From contig CAYSOT010000003.1 of the NCBI GenBank assembly GCA_964432765.1, positions 1-61,486 of the forward strand: 61,486 nucleotides of DNA, written 5' to 3'. The notes below the pieces were generated by a model, which was given only the letters and a program-made list of their open reading frames with translations, made no database searches and was not told the origin of the DNA. Positions 46,459 through 56,390 of this stretch are shown piece after piece; the stretch's first letter is position 1, and each line of letters opens with the position of its first letter. The position numbers and the translations under genes are program-made. Origin of the DNA: an uncultured Candidatus Saccharibacteria bacterium (GTDB lineage: Bacteria; Patescibacteriota; SICC01; CAYSOT01).

Positions 46459-47172
46459 TTATTTCTTCTTTGGGAGTTTGCTGTGTTTACGTCGATATCT
46501 GATCGCTGTCCACTCAGCAAGACCTAGCAGGATGGCCCCGGCAAACCCGCCGATAAGGACCCACCAGCCCGGGCTGAGCGTTTTTGATTCAGCTTGAACC
46601 TCAGCATTCGGGTTACTGGTCACAGAAGCGAGTGGCGAGACGCTAGGTGAAGGTGTCGGAGAAGCCTTGGCCGATATCTCTGGAGGAACGGTGGCAGCAG
46701 GCTTTGGTGCATTCTGGTTCTTTTCGGTGGAAGATGGCTTGAAGTTTAGCGTTATCGACCAGGGTTCACTTTGGTCGTTCCAGTCATGCATACAGTCTGG
46801 ATACTTGGTATAGACGTAGAGTTTAATCGGTCCTGCGACCGGCACTTGTTGCACTAGCTGACCACCACCAGTCCAGCGATACGCATTTTTCAGGTCAAGA
46901 TTGTAGGTAAACGTACCATTGCGGTAGTTCTGATTTGGAAGGGCAGCAATTCGGTAGAAGTCTTCGTTTTTGTCGCTCAGCGAGACTTCGCTTTCCATGG
47001 CGCACTGGTTGCTAACGCTTCCCGCCAGCGCAAAGACCGTGTCAACGGTTGCGTTGGCTGATGGAGAGGTAATTCTCACATTATCAAGCGCCGCCTGATC
47101 CTCGGGAGCCGCGAGTGTCGCTGTCGGGACAAGCGAGACAGCAAGTGCAATGACGACTAAGTGTTTTTTCAT
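46459..47172 (-). CDS. Secreted, C-terminally membrane-anchored hypothetical protein
   Basis: Signal peptide MKKHLVVIALAVSLVPTATLA, P/S/T-rich stalk, TM followed by RYRRKH. Confidence 0.75.
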   Translation of the reverse strand: MKKHLVVIALAVSLVPTATLAAPEDQAALDNVRITSPSANATVDTVFALAGSVSNQCAMESEVSLSDKNEDFYRIAALPNQNYRNGTFTYNLDLKNAYRWTGGGQLVQQVPVAGPIKLYVYTKYPDCMHDWNDQSEPWSITLNFKPSSTEKNQNAPKPAATVPPEISAKASPTPSPSVSPLASVTSNPNAEVQAESKTLSPGWWVLIGGFAGAILLGLAEWTAIRYRRKHSKLPKKK

Positions 47173-47233
47173 GTGTTGTCTTTGCTTTTTAATTTCTGAC
47201 TCGATACTACGCGCCATGGGGCAGTCCCGCAAC

Positions 47234-48469
47234 TCAGTAAGGTAAGGGGTGCGCGTCGGTCAGGGCGCGGACTTCTGAACGCACTTCCTCGTAGACGTCT
47301 TCATTGCCAATGTGGTGCAGGGTTTTGGAGATTAGCGAAGCAACAGTCTGCATGTCTGTTTCCTTTAACCCGCGAGTCGTCACTGCAGGAGTGCCGATGC
47401 GCACCCCGGAAGTTACAAACGGTTTCTCGGGATCGTTGGGGATGGCGTTCTTATTCAAGGTAATGCCAACCTTGTCGAGTTCCTCTTCGGCCGTTTTGCC
47501 TGTTACCTCAGCTGGGCGAAGATCGACGAGCATCAGGTGGTTATCTGTACCTCCCGAGATAATTCTGAATCCTTCTGCTGTGAGGGCTTTAGATAGTGCA
47601 GCGGCGTTACTGACAACCTGCTTCGAATAGTCGGTGAAGTCAGGTCGCAGGGCCTCGCCGAAGGCAACGGCTTTGGCGGCAATAATATGCATCAGCGGAC
47701 CTCCTTGCATTCCCGGGAAAAGCGCCTTATCGATTTTGTTTGCAAGGTCTTCATTGTTCGTCATGATCATGCCGCCTCTCGGCCCGCGCAGCGTCTTGTG
47801 TGTCGTCGTCGTGACCACATCGGCAATTCCAACTGGTGATGGATGCAGGCCAGTGGCAACAAGTCCGGCAATATGAGCGATATCAGTTACAAGATATGCT
47901 CCGACACTATCTGCAATCTGGCGCATTCGCTGCCAATCAATGACGCGGGAATAAGCCGAATAGCCTGCCATCAGCAGTTTTGGCTTATGCTCGAGTGCCA
48001 GGCTTTCAATCTGATCATAGTCCAGGCGCTCGGTTTCCGGATCGAGACCGTAGGTTACTGCTTTATAGAGTTGACCGGAAAAATTAACGGGTGAGCCGTG
48101 GGTGAGGTGTCCACCATCAGCCAATGCCTGACCCATGATTGTGTCGCCAGGCTCAACAAGTGCAAAATAGACGGCCATGTTCGCCTGCGCTCCCGAATGT
48201 GGTTGAACATTGACGTATTCAGTACCAAAAAGTTTTTTCGCCCGTTCACGAGCAAGGTCTTCTGCTTCGTCGACATAAAGACACCCACCATAATAGCGCC
48301 GGTGTGGGTAGCCTTCAGCATACTTATTCGTTAAAACAGAGCCGGCTGCCCTCAGAACCGCAGGGGAAACGTAGTTTTCAGAAGCAATTAGCTCGAGACC
48401 GTGGCGCTGTCTGCCAAGTTCTCGCTCGATTGCATCAAATAATGCTGAATCTGTAGAGTCGCTTTTCAC
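47234..48469 (-). CDS. glyA: Serine hydroxymethyltransferase
   Basis: [34 protein letters not shown]. Confidence 0.99.
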   Translation of the reverse strand: MKSDSTDSALFDAIERELGRQRHGLELIASENYVSPAVLRAAGSVLTNKYAEGYPHRRYYGGCLYVDEAEDLARERAKKLFGTEYVNVQPHSGAQANMAVYFALVEPGDTIMGQALADGGHLTHGSPVNFSGQLYKAVTYGLDPETERLDYDQIESLALEHKPKLLMAGYSAYSRVIDWQRMRQIADSVGAYLVTDIAHIAGLVATGLHPSPVGIADVVTTTTHKTLRGPRGGMIMTNNEDLANKIDKALFPGMQGGPLMHIIAAKAVAFGEALRPDFTDYSKQVVSNAAALSKALTAEGFRIISGGTDNHLMLVDLRPAEVTGKTAEEELDKVGITLNKNAIPNDPEKPFVTSGVRIGTPAVTTRGLKETDMQTVASLISKTLHHIGNEDVYEEVRSEVRALTDAHPLPY

Positions 48470-48502
48470 ATATCCAGCTTAGCAGGCTGGGACCTATCGA
48501 GA

Positions 48503-49132
48503 CTAGCGAATAGCTTGATTGATCTGCGCTTCGCTGATGGGACCTTCGCGGAGGATCGTTAAAGAATCGCCGACTTCAACAACAGTTGAAACCGGTGTAA
48601 TCGGCAATTGGCCAGCATCGAGTGTGGCGTGGGGCAGAAAATCTTTTTCCACATACTGCAAGAACTCATCCGGAGAAAATGCTGGGGGCTCGCCACTTCG
48701 GTTGGCGCTTGTTGCGGTAAAGGGACGCCCGAAGCGCTCTGCCACCAGTACCGGCAAAGGGTGCGCCGGCATGCGAATACCGATTTTACCAAGCCCCGAG
48801 GTGACGCGGCTAGAAACAACGCCCTTGTCAGGAACCACAATGGTCAATGGTCCTGGCATAAACGCTTCCCATAGCTTGACCGCCAAGGGAGAAAATTCAG
48901 CTATTTCCTGCGCCTGTCCCCGATCGGCTGCAATTACCGATAACGGTCGCCCATCATGCCTACCCTTGAGAGAAAAAACTTGCTCTACTGCCTCTTCGTT
49001 TGTTGCATCAGCAGCTAGACAGTATGCGGTGTCGGTAGGAATAATCACTACGCCTCCGTCTTGCAAGAACTCCACCGCAGACGCGGCGGCCGCTGCATAA
49101 TCGCCCGGGTGATGTGCAGAAATTGTTTTCAT
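48503..49132 (-). CDS. tsaC: Threonylcarbamoyl-AMP synthase (TsaC/Sua5)
   Basis: IPTDTAY, LKGR, PGPLT, GIRMP, ATSANRSG; start moved to ATG 49132. Confidence 0.92.
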   Translation of the reverse strand: MKTISAHHPGDYAAAAASAVEFLQDGGVVIIPTDTAYCLAADATNEEAVEQVFSLKGRHDGRPLSVIAADRGQAQEIAEFSPLAVKLWEAFMPGPLTIVVPDKGVVSSRVTSGLGKIGIRMPAHPLPVLVAERFGRPFTATSANRSGEPPAFSPDEFLQYVEKDFLPHATLDAGQLPITPVSTVVEVGDSLTILREGPISEAQINQAIR

Positions 49133-49169
49133 GGCAGTAAAAGTAAAAACTGTCCGTATACTAACAGAG

Positions 49170-50351
49170 ATGCAGTACGCCGCAATTTTCGGTCGCAATC
49201 CGGCACTTTCCGTCGCCGAACTAGAAGCGCTTGGAGAGTTCTATGGTTTTAGCGTTAGTCCGCTTGGGAACTATGCAGCGCTACTGGAAGGGTTTGATCC
49301 TACAATTGCTGAGAAGTTTGGCTCAATCACGAAGTTGATTGAGCTTGATAAGACAGAGTTTCCGACCGCCGAAGCGTGCATAGCAGCATTTGCAGGGCAA
49401 CCTTTCTCAAAGAAAGTGCTTTTCGGGGTAAGTTCCTACGGGCGCACACCAGCTACTCCACTCACCGCCCTGGCTCGAAAATACCTGTCGAAGCGCGATC
49501 TTCCCCACCGGTATCTTGCCAAGCACGATGGAAAATCTGGGCGATGGCCGGACGGAGAGTTATCCGCTGTTCAAGTAAAACATCAAAAACTCCTGACCAA
49601 AGGCTACGACTGGTGCGTAATCGAAGCCGACAGCTCTTTCCGCGCTGGTAGGACTGTCTGGGTATATGATTTTGCAGGTTTTTCCTCACGCGACTATGAC
49701 AAACCGGTGAGCGACCAGGTACGAGGCATGCTTCCACCCCAGCTTGCACGAACAATGGTTAATCTTGCCACGCAAGGAAAGCAGCAAGTGGTGGTTGATC
49801 CATTTTGCGGCGTTGGAAATTTACTGCTTGAAGCAAATTCGCTTGGCCTTGCCTGTGTGGGGTCCGATCTTGATGCAAAAGCAATCCGTGACGCGGAGCG
49901 CAATCTTGCTTGGTTAAACAGCAAAAAGGAGAATTCACCTTCAGCGGAGTTGCACGTCACAGACGCAACGAAGCTTTCATCGCTTCCCAAAAACTCAGCG
50001 ATAGCAACTGAGGGGTACTTAGGGCCACTGCTGAGGCAAACCGATTCGGAAGAAAAAACCATCGCTGTGGCAAAGGAGGTTGAAGATCTGCTGAAATCAT
50101 TCCTAAATCGCTGTGAGAAGCTGCAGAATCCGGGTGACAGAATAGTTATAACGGTGCCCGCTTGGCGACTCCGTGATTCAAGGATTCATCGCCTAGCTTT
50201 CGTTGACCAACTGAGTGAATTTGGCTACACTAAGGTTCGTCCCGTACCAACAGGATGGTCGTTTTCCGACCTCACCAAGCGAGACACTATCGATGTCGCG
50301 CGAGCAAAGCAGCGGGTCATCCACGAACTACTCATAATCAAGAAGCACTAG
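49170..50351 (+). CDS. Trm11-like RNA methyltransferase
   Basis: MLPPQLARTMVN, DPFCGVG SAM motif, GSDLD; TATACT 7 nt before ATG 49170. Confidence 0.75.
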   Translation: MQYAAIFGRNPALSVAELEALGEFYGFSVSPLGNYAALLEGFDPTIAEKFGSITKLIELDKTEFPTAEACIAAFAGQPFSKKVLFGVSSYGRTPATPLTALARKYLSKRDLPHRYLAKHDGKSGRWPDGELSAVQVKHQKLLTKGYDWCVIEADSSFRAGRTVWVYDFAGFSSRDYDKPVSDQVRGMLPPQLARTMVNLATQGKQQVVVDPFCGVGNLLLEANSLGLACVGSDLDAKAIRDAERNLAWLNSKKENSPSAELHVTDATKLSSLPKNSAIATEGYLGPLLRQTDSEEKTIAVAKEVEDLLKSFLNRCEKLQNPGDRIVITVPAWRLRDSRIHRLAFVDQLSEFGYTKVRPVPTGWSFSDLTKRDTIDVARAKQRVIHELLIIKKH

Positions 50352-50624
50352 ATGGCACATACTAAAGCAGGCGGAACTACTAAACTTGGTCGCGACTCTG
50401 CAGGGCAGCGGCTCGGCACCAAGGTTTCGGACGGCCAGAAAATCCTCGCTGGAGGTATTATTGTGCGCCAGCGTGGTACTAAGTACGCAGTGGGCGAAAA
50501 TGTCATGCGCGCAGGTGATGACACCCTCTTTGCTACAGCCGATGGAGTAGTGAAATATACCAAGAAGCGCATCACTCGCTTTTCAGGCTCAAAAAGCCGC
50601 CGCACGGTTGTTTCTGTAGTCTAG
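50352..50624 (+). CDS. rpmA: 50S ribosomal protein L27
   Basis: MAHTKAGG...[10 protein letters not shown]...IIVRQRGT...DDTLFA. Confidence 0.98.
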   Translation: MAHTKAGGTTKLGRDSAGQRLGTKVSDGQKILAGGIIVRQRGTKYAVGENVMRAGDDTLFATADGVVKYTKKRITRFSGSKSRRTVVSVV

Positions 50625-50630
50625 TTCGAT

Positions 50631-51647
50631 TCAGCGCTGCTGACACAAGTCGATCAGAAGATCGGCTAGTTTTTTGCTGTCGTGTCGAATGTAATTTCTC
50701 TGTAGCAAGGTGTCGCCCTTTACAGGTTTTGGCGCTTGCCTGGCGATGAGATCGGCACCGGTTGCGCGATATGATCTACCCACAAAAATTGACTCGTCAT
50801 ATTCTACCCATTTTTCACCAGCAGCCCGGTACTTCGCCAGAAGTCTGTCGCTTGGTCTAGTCGTGTCATAGACCACATCATCAATAATTCCCTCGCCTGC
50901 ATAGCGTTCAAGCACCTCAACAAAATCATGAACCTTGAAACCTTCTGTCTGCCCTGGCTTCGTTACCAGATTGCAAACGTAAATTACGCGCGCTGGTGTT
51001 TGCTTTAAGGCTTCCGCCATGCCATCGACAAGCAATGTCGGCACCAGTGAAGTGTAAAAAGAGCCAGGCCCAACAACGATGGCATCTGCCTCATGAATCG
51101 CCCGCTGTGCCTCGGGATTGATTTTGGCTGGTGGATCTAAAAAGACATCTGGTGACGCTCCCTCACCGAAAAAAGAGTCTTCGATGCTCTGCTGACTCTT
51201 TAGGATCGATCCGTCCGGATTACGCAGACAAAGGTGCGTATCTTCGGTCGTAACCGGAAGCACGGCACCTTCTATGGCAAGAATCCGACTGGCAGCCTTC
51301 ACGGCTTCAGCGAAACCGCCAGTTGTCTTTTCCAGCGCTGAGAGCAGCAGGTTGCCAAAGGGATGACCTTCAAACCGGCCACTTTCAAATCGGTAATTCA
51401 TGAGCTCGCGTAACAAATGTGATTCAGGTGACAGGGCAACGAGACTTTGCCTGACATCTCCCGGAGGAAGTGCCCCGAGCTCATCACGAAGTACGCCGGT
51501 GGAGCCTCCATCGTCGACCATGTTGATGATTGCAGTTAATTTCTTCGCTCGGCCCTTGAGACCAACCAGGACTGTATACGTCCCAGTTCCGCCCCCGATA
51601 ACAACAACGTTACCAGCACGTGGTGGCACTGCTTGTACTGATTTCAT
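50631..51647 (-). CDS. YvcK/GlmR (UPF0052) family protein
   Basis: VVIGGGTG, DDGGSTG, GHPFGNL, GPGSFYTS. Confidence 0.93.
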   Translation of the reverse strand: MKSVQAVPPRAGNVVVIGGGTGTYTVLVGLKGRAKKLTAIINMVDDGGSTGVLRDELGALPPGDVRQSLVALSPESHLLRELMNYRFESGRFEGHPFGNLLLSALEKTTGGFAEAVKAASRILAIEGAVLPVTTEDTHLCLRNPDGSILKSQQSIEDSFFGEGASPDVFLDPPAKINPEAQRAIHEADAIVVGPGSFYTSLVPTLLVDGMAEALKQTPARVIYVCNLVTKPGQTEGFKVHDFVEVLERYAGEGIIDDVVYDTTRPSDRLLAKYRAAGEKWVEYDESIFVGRSYRATGADLIARQAPKPVKGDTLLQRNYIRHDSKKLADLLIDLCQQR

Positions 51648-53284
51648 GCTGTGGACGTAGAAGACTTTTCCGGAGCATGCTCTCGGACAGCGGCCTCAAC
51701 GAATGCCAGAAAGAGTGGATGTGGCCGATCTGGTCGCGATTTGAATTCAGGATGGAACTGGCTGCCAACCATGAATGGATGGTCAGCAATTTCGACTATT
51801 TCGACCAAGACATCATCCGGCGTCGTTCCAGCGACCCGTAAACCAGCAGCTGTGAGTTGCTCGCGGTAATCATTATTAAACTCGTACCGATGGCGATGGC
51901 GCTCTACTATTTCCTCTACCCCGTAAGCTGTTCGGGCTTGGCTGCCGGGAATTAACTTGCAGGTGTAGTTTCCGAGGCGCATCGTGCCACCCTTGGTATA
52001 GATAGACTTCTGGTGTTCCATGAGGTCTATAACGCGATGCTTTGCTTCTGGATCAAATTCAGCTGAATTAGCAGAGTTGTCACCAAGCAGATTGCGAGCA
52101 AACTCAATCACGATAACTTGCATTCCGAGACAGAGACCTAGATACGGGACCTTGTGTTCGCGAGCCCAGCGAGCTGTCTGTATCTTTCCTTCTACACCTC
52201 GGTCCCCGAATCCACCAGGCACAACTACACCATCTACACCCTCAAGTAACTTGGTCCCTTCCTGTTCAATCTGTTCTGAGTTTACCCAGCGGAGTTTAAT
52301 TCCTTGTTTGTGCTTAAGCCCGGCGGCTTTGATCGCTTGCGAGACAGAGATATAAGCATCATTCAATTCCACATACTTACCGACAATCGCGATTTCGAGA
52401 TCTTCGCGATCGCGCAGCATATCGAGCGCGGAAACCATCTTGTGCCATTGAGCGAGATCCGACCGCGTTCCGCCGAGTTTTAACTTCTGATCGATAAAGT
52501 CGCCGAGACCGCCTTCTTCAAGCTTGATCGGAACCTCATAGATGTTGCGGGTAGTAACCATTGGAATAACCGCTTCTTCATCGAGATCACAGGTCGTGGC
52601 AAGTTTTCGAAGTAGTTCAGGTGAAATAGGCGCATCGGCACGACAGACGAGCACATCTGGTGGAATGCCAAGACCCATCAACTCGCGGACACCATACTGG
52701 GTTGGACGAGTCTTAAGCTCGTTAGTAGTCGGCATAAACGGCAGCAATGTTACGTGCACAAAAAGGGTGTGGTCGTGTCCGGCACGCCTGCGTAGCTGTC
52801 TAAAAGCTTCGATGAATGCCATGCCCTTGATGTCACCGACCGTGGAGCCAAGCTCCACCAGCAGCACTTCGGCCTTGGTTTTTTCGCCCGCTAGCTGAAT
52901 TCTGCGGATAATCTCATCTGTAACGTGAGGCACTTCCTCAACGGTTTTGCCTAAAAAGTCACCTCGGCGCTCTGCCTCGATTAATGACAGGTAGACTTGC
53001 CCGGTGGTGAAGTTTGATTCTCGGATCAGCTCCTCGTCGATAAATCTCTCATAGTGGCCAAGATCCTGGTCTGTCTCTGCGCCGTCGGCGGTCACAAAAA
53101 CCTCTCCGTGTTCGTAGGGATTCATGGTTCCTGGATCCACGTTTATGTACGGATCGATTTTTACAATGCTAACACGAATACCCCGTGCCTTAAGCAACCG
53201 TCCGAGCGAAGCGGTTGTAACGCCTTTGCCAAGCGACGACACTACGCCCCCAGTAACAAAGATATATTTCGTTTGTTTAGGCAT
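51644..53284 (-). CDS. pyrG: CTP synthase
   Basis: GGVVSSLGKG, DPYINVDPGTM, PGGFGDRG, LCLGMQ, HRHRYE, QFHPEF. Confidence 0.98.
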   Translation of the reverse strand: MPKQTKYIFVTGGVVSSLGKGVTTASLGRLLKARGIRVSIVKIDPYINVDPGTMNPYEHGEVFVTADGAETDQDLGHYERFIDEELIRESNFTTGQVYLSLIEAERRGDFLGKTVEEVPHVTDEIIRRIQLAGEKTKAEVLLVELGSTVGDIKGMAFIEAFRQLRRRAGHDHTLFVHVTLLPFMPTTNELKTRPTQYGVRELMGLGIPPDVLVCRADAPISPELLRKLATTCDLDEEAVIPMVTTRNIYEVPIKLEEGGLGDFIDQKLKLGGTRSDLAQWHKMVSALDMLRDREDLEIAIVGKYVELNDAYISVSQAIKAAGLKHKQGIKLRWVNSEQIEQEGTKLLEGVDGVVVPGGFGDRGVEGKIQTARWAREHKVPYLGLCLGMQVIVIEFARNLLGDNSANSAEFDPEAKHRVIDLMEHQKSIYTKGGTMRLGNYTCKLIPGSQARTAYGVEEIVERHRHRYEFNNDYREQLTAAGLRVAGTTPDDVLVEIVEIADHPFMVGSQFHPEFKSRPDRPHPLFLAFVEAAVREHAPEKSSTSTA

Positions 53285-53347
53285 TTTTTAGTACCAAAAT
53301 AGAGCGAAGGAGACCCCTTGGCCTTCGTGCGCGGAGAGTGGAATAGT

Positions 53348-53842
53348 TCATTCTTGAGCGGATTCTTCTTTGGCGGCCTGCTGGCCAGTAACGACAACGT
53401 TGAGGATAGCTGTCACACCTAGTCCTAGTTTAACAGAGACTTGGCTTGTTCCTAGCTGCTTAATCGGCAGTCCATGGAGGTGATTCTTATCAATCTCGAG
53501 TCCGTGGTCTGATTTCAGCTTCTTCGCTACATCTACGACAGTTATTGAACCGAAGACTCGATTGTTTTGTCCCGTTTTCAGCGTGGCTTCCATGGGCGAA
53601 GCCGCGATCTTTTCGGCAAGCGTATTTCGATTGGTTACTTCCTCTTCTCGGCGTTGTTTGGCCTTAGCAAGCTCGGCTTCGCGCTGCTTGATTCGTGCCG
53701 GTGTTGCAACCTCGGCCCTGCCGTCATTGAGCAAGAAGTTACGCGCAAATCCAGCACGTGCAGACAACAGTTCGCCAGCAAACCCGATCCCGTCGAGGTC
53801 TTTGTTCAAAATTACGCTAACGTGGCGGTGGCTCCGTTTCAT
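53348..53842 (-). CDS. rplI: 50S ribosomal protein L9
   Basis: GFARNFLL, RVFGSIT, PIKQLG. Confidence 0.92.
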   Translation of the reverse strand: MKRSHRHVSVILNKDLDGIGFAGELLSARAGFARNFLLNDGRAEVATPARIKQREAELAKAKQRREEEVTNRNTLAEKIAASPMEATLKTGQNNRVFGSITVVDVAKKLKSDHGLEIDKNHLHGLPIKQLGTSQVSVKLGLGVTAILNVVVTGQQAAKEESAQE

Positions 53843-53883
53843 ACCAATCCATTGTACGAACTGAGCAGGCCAGCGTCCAGACG

Positions 53884-54363
53884 TTAATCGTCACGTTGTG
53901 ATTTGGTCTGAAAATCAGCAATCTTGCCAGTTGCCGCCGCAAGGAACGCTTCTGCCTGCCTGATCTCTTCTGCTATCCCTACGTGGTTGAGGTCGCCTAG
54001 CTCTTCGGCGGTAACCCAGCGGTAGTCGGAGAAGTCACGAGTATCAAGCTGAACGTCATCGCTTTCGACCTCTACCAAGAAAGACAGGACCTTAACTGTC
54101 TGGCCATCGGGGCGGGTGAATGCGGCATCTTTCAGCAGTACTTTACCGGGCAAGGCCTTCAACCCAACCTCCTCTTGCACCTCTTTACGGAGGGCTTCTT
54201 CTATACTTTCTCGTCCTTCAACTTTGCCACCTGGGAATGCCCACATGCCCGGGTGTGCAATCTCATGGTCGGCTCGTTTAACGATAAGGTAGCGCCCGTC
54301 ACTGCGACGAATGGTTGCGGTGACGGCAACAATATGGAGTTTATCTGACTTTGTGTAGCTCAT
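53884..54363 (-). CDS. Nudix hydrolase
   Basis: WAFPGGKVEGRESIEEALRKEVQEEVGL. Confidence 0.9.
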   Translation of the reverse strand: MSYTKSDKLHIVAVTATIRRSDGRYLIVKRADHEIAHPGMWAFPGGKVEGRESIEEALRKEVQEEVGLKALPGKVLLKDAAFTRPDGQTVKVLSFLVEVESDDVQLDTRDFSDYRWVTAEELGDLNHVGIAEEIRQAEAFLAAATGKIADFQTKSQRDD

Positions 54364-55487
54364 TTCAGTCGATCAATAGCTGCCTGCAATTGAGCGTCCC
54401 GATTATCTGAAGAAACTGTTACCTGCGGCGTGATTCCTTGCTTCGAAATGCTCGTTCCATTTGGAGTCAACCATTCTGCGATTGTCAGTTTCAATGTGCC
54501 GCCACCGACGGTAATGAGATCTTGAACTGAACCTTTGCCAAAGGTTTTCTCACCAACCAGCGTCGCGCGCTTCGAATCCAGTAGAGCCCCGGCCGTAATC
54601 TCAGAGGCTGATGCACTCCCCTTATCAACAAGCACGACGAGAGGAATGTCTGGGAGTTGGGCATTACCACTGACTCGCTGCTCTTCGGTTTTGCCCTTCG
54701 CAAACTGCTCTTTAACGACCACGCCATCCTTAAGGAATACACTCGTCACATCTACGGCTCCCTGTAAGTAGCCACCTGGATTCCCGCGCAAATCAAGCAC
54801 TACACCTCGAGGCTTCTTGGCCGCAATATCAGCTGCCGCCTTCACGACCCCTTCTTTAGTGTCGTCGCCGAACCTGCTTATCGTCAGAATGGCTACGTTA
54901 TCACGATATGAAAGTTCCACTGAGGGGACTTTGATCTTCTCTCTAGTGACGACAACTTCTCTGGCGTTCTGACCGGGCGATTTAATGTCGAGCTTAACGG
55001 TTGTACCTGCAGCACCACGAATCTTTTTAACGATTGCGTCCAAGTTTTGCCCGGCAGTCGCTGCACCATCGACTCCGATCACGATGTCACCCGATTTAAG
55101 GCCGGCACGATCTGCCGGCGTGCCAGCGATAGGAGCAATAATCGTAATCGCACCATCGCGCTCACCAACCTCTACCCCGATACCTTCAACTTCCCCGGCG
55201 AGGGCCTTGTTCAGGTCAGAAGCCTCGTCCTTGGTAAGAAATACGCTGTAAGGATCACCGGTTCCAGAGACCAGGCCTTTTGTTGCCCCAAGCTCCAGAT
55301 CCTCATTTGAGACTGGCCTGGGGTACCGTTCACGTATCAGCTCTTCGACCCGATTAAACGTTCGTAAATCTAAGCTCTGGTTGGTGGTTTCTGGACGTGT
55401 CTGACCAGTAAAAAATCCGGCGCCAAAAACTAAGGCGGCCAACAGAATCGTCCCAGTGATTTTCATAGCTTTTCCAGGGCGTCGCAT
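54360..55487 (-). CDS. ctpA: S41 C-terminal processing protease with PDZ domain
   Basis: GIGVE PDZ, DLRGNPGG, SASASE, FGKGSVQ. Confidence 0.93.
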   Translation of the reverse strand: MRRPGKAMKITGTILLAALVFGAGFFTGQTRPETTNQSLDLRTFNRVEELIRERYPRPVSNEDLELGATKGLVSGTGDPYSVFLTKDEASDLNKALAGEVEGIGVEVGERDGAITIIAPIAGTPADRAGLKSGDIVIGVDGAATAGQNLDAIVKKIRGAAGTTVKLDIKSPGQNAREVVVTREKIKVPSVELSYRDNVAILTISRFGDDTKEGVVKAAADIAAKKPRGVVLDLRGNPGGYLQGAVDVTSVFLKDGVVVKEQFAKGKTEEQRVSGNAQLPDIPLVVLVDKGSASASEITAGALLDSKRATLVGEKTFGKGSVQDLITVGGGTLKLTIAEWLTPNGTSISKQGITPQVTVSSDNRDAQLQAAIDRLK

Positions 55488-55632
55488 ACTTGCCTATTGT
55501 ACTGGGGTGCCAGCTAAACGGAAACAAACGATCTAATTTTATGCTTCCTCCTCAAGCCACCAAGTGATGAACTGAGGGGGAAGGGAGTCGCAAATGCAGG
55601 TGCAATGCGGGTCTCCCCCAAGGTTGATGTGA

Positions 55633-55959
55633 TCAGATGCTGAAGACGCCGATGATGAAGGTGAGTATGACCACGAGGAAGACAACGGCAGACAACCCGC
55701 GGATGTACTGCACGTAGACCTCGCTGTCCATGTAGCGCTCCGTATCGAACCAGACGGTACCGATGAGGATGATCGTCGGGAGAAGCGCTACCAGACCTCC
55801 GACTACGCCGCCAAGCACCAGGCCGCGCTGGAACGCCTGCGGGTAGACGGTCGCCGAGACGATGAACAAGACCGCCGGGCCGGCCGTCACCGCCAGGAAG
55901 ACGGCCAAGGCCAACAACTGCAGCGGGAACCGCTTGAAATACAGGGACCACGGAATCAT
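55633..55959 (-). CDS. Small membrane protein (3 TM)
   Basis: AAGGAGG SD; hydrophobic segments. Confidence 0.7.
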   Translation of the reverse strand: MIPWSLYFKRFPLQLLALAVFLAVTAGPAVLFIVSATVYPQAFQRGLVLGGVVGGLVALLPTIILIGTVWFDTERYMDSEVYVQYIRGLSAVVFLVVILTFIIGVFSI

Positions 55960-55976
55960 GGCTCCTCCTTCTGCGC

Positions 55977-56258
55977 CTAAAGCGCCGTCGTTCGTTGGTT
56001 GATGTCAGCCCGGCGCAGCTCGTAGAGCAAGCCGAGAGCTGATCGAAGATTGTCGTAACGAGGCTCTGCACCGTCAGCGATGCGCTGCTCGAGCTCGTGG
56101 ATTGCACCGTTTAGGCCAGAGTCTCCCGGATGACAGGAGAGAAACCAGCCGGCCAGCGCCATCTTTGGAGTCGCAATGTCAGGCTTGGTCGTATCAGCCG
56201 CGCGATACTCCTCCCAAGCCCGCAGGAGTGCCTCGCGCGAGCAAGACGGTCCGGACAT
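55977..56258 (-). CDS. Hypothetical protein
   Basis: AAGGTGA SD; divergent from the dinB cassette. Confidence 0.55.
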   Translation of the reverse strand: MSGPSCSREALLRAWEEYRAADTTKPDIATPKMALAGWFLSCHPGDSGLNGAIHELEQRIADGAEPRYDNLRSALGLLYELRRADINQRTTAL

Positions 56259-56359
56259 ATATTCACCTTTCTGCCAAGGAACAAGTCTGTCAGCTCACGC
56301 CAACGACCCAGTGTACCACCGAATACCGGGCTTGCTGAAGTACATACTTTCTCGCTTGC

Positions 56360-56389
56360 TTGAGTAGTATACATATGTATACTACTCAA
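56360..56389. promoter_or_regulatory. Perfect 30-bp palindrome containing TATACT on both strands
   Basis: TTGAGTAGTATACATATGTATACTACTCAA, checked base by base. Confidence 0.85.
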
Positions 56390-56390
56390 T

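Noticed and set aside
53305-53331. CGAAGG...CCTTCG hairpin upstream of pyrG as an attenuator
   Set aside because: Weak stem with no U-tract or antiterminator, so it cannot be supported
55514-56107. 197-aa minus-strand ORF
   Set aside because: Overlaps two better ORFs that have clear SD sequences; low-complexity Arg/Ser content
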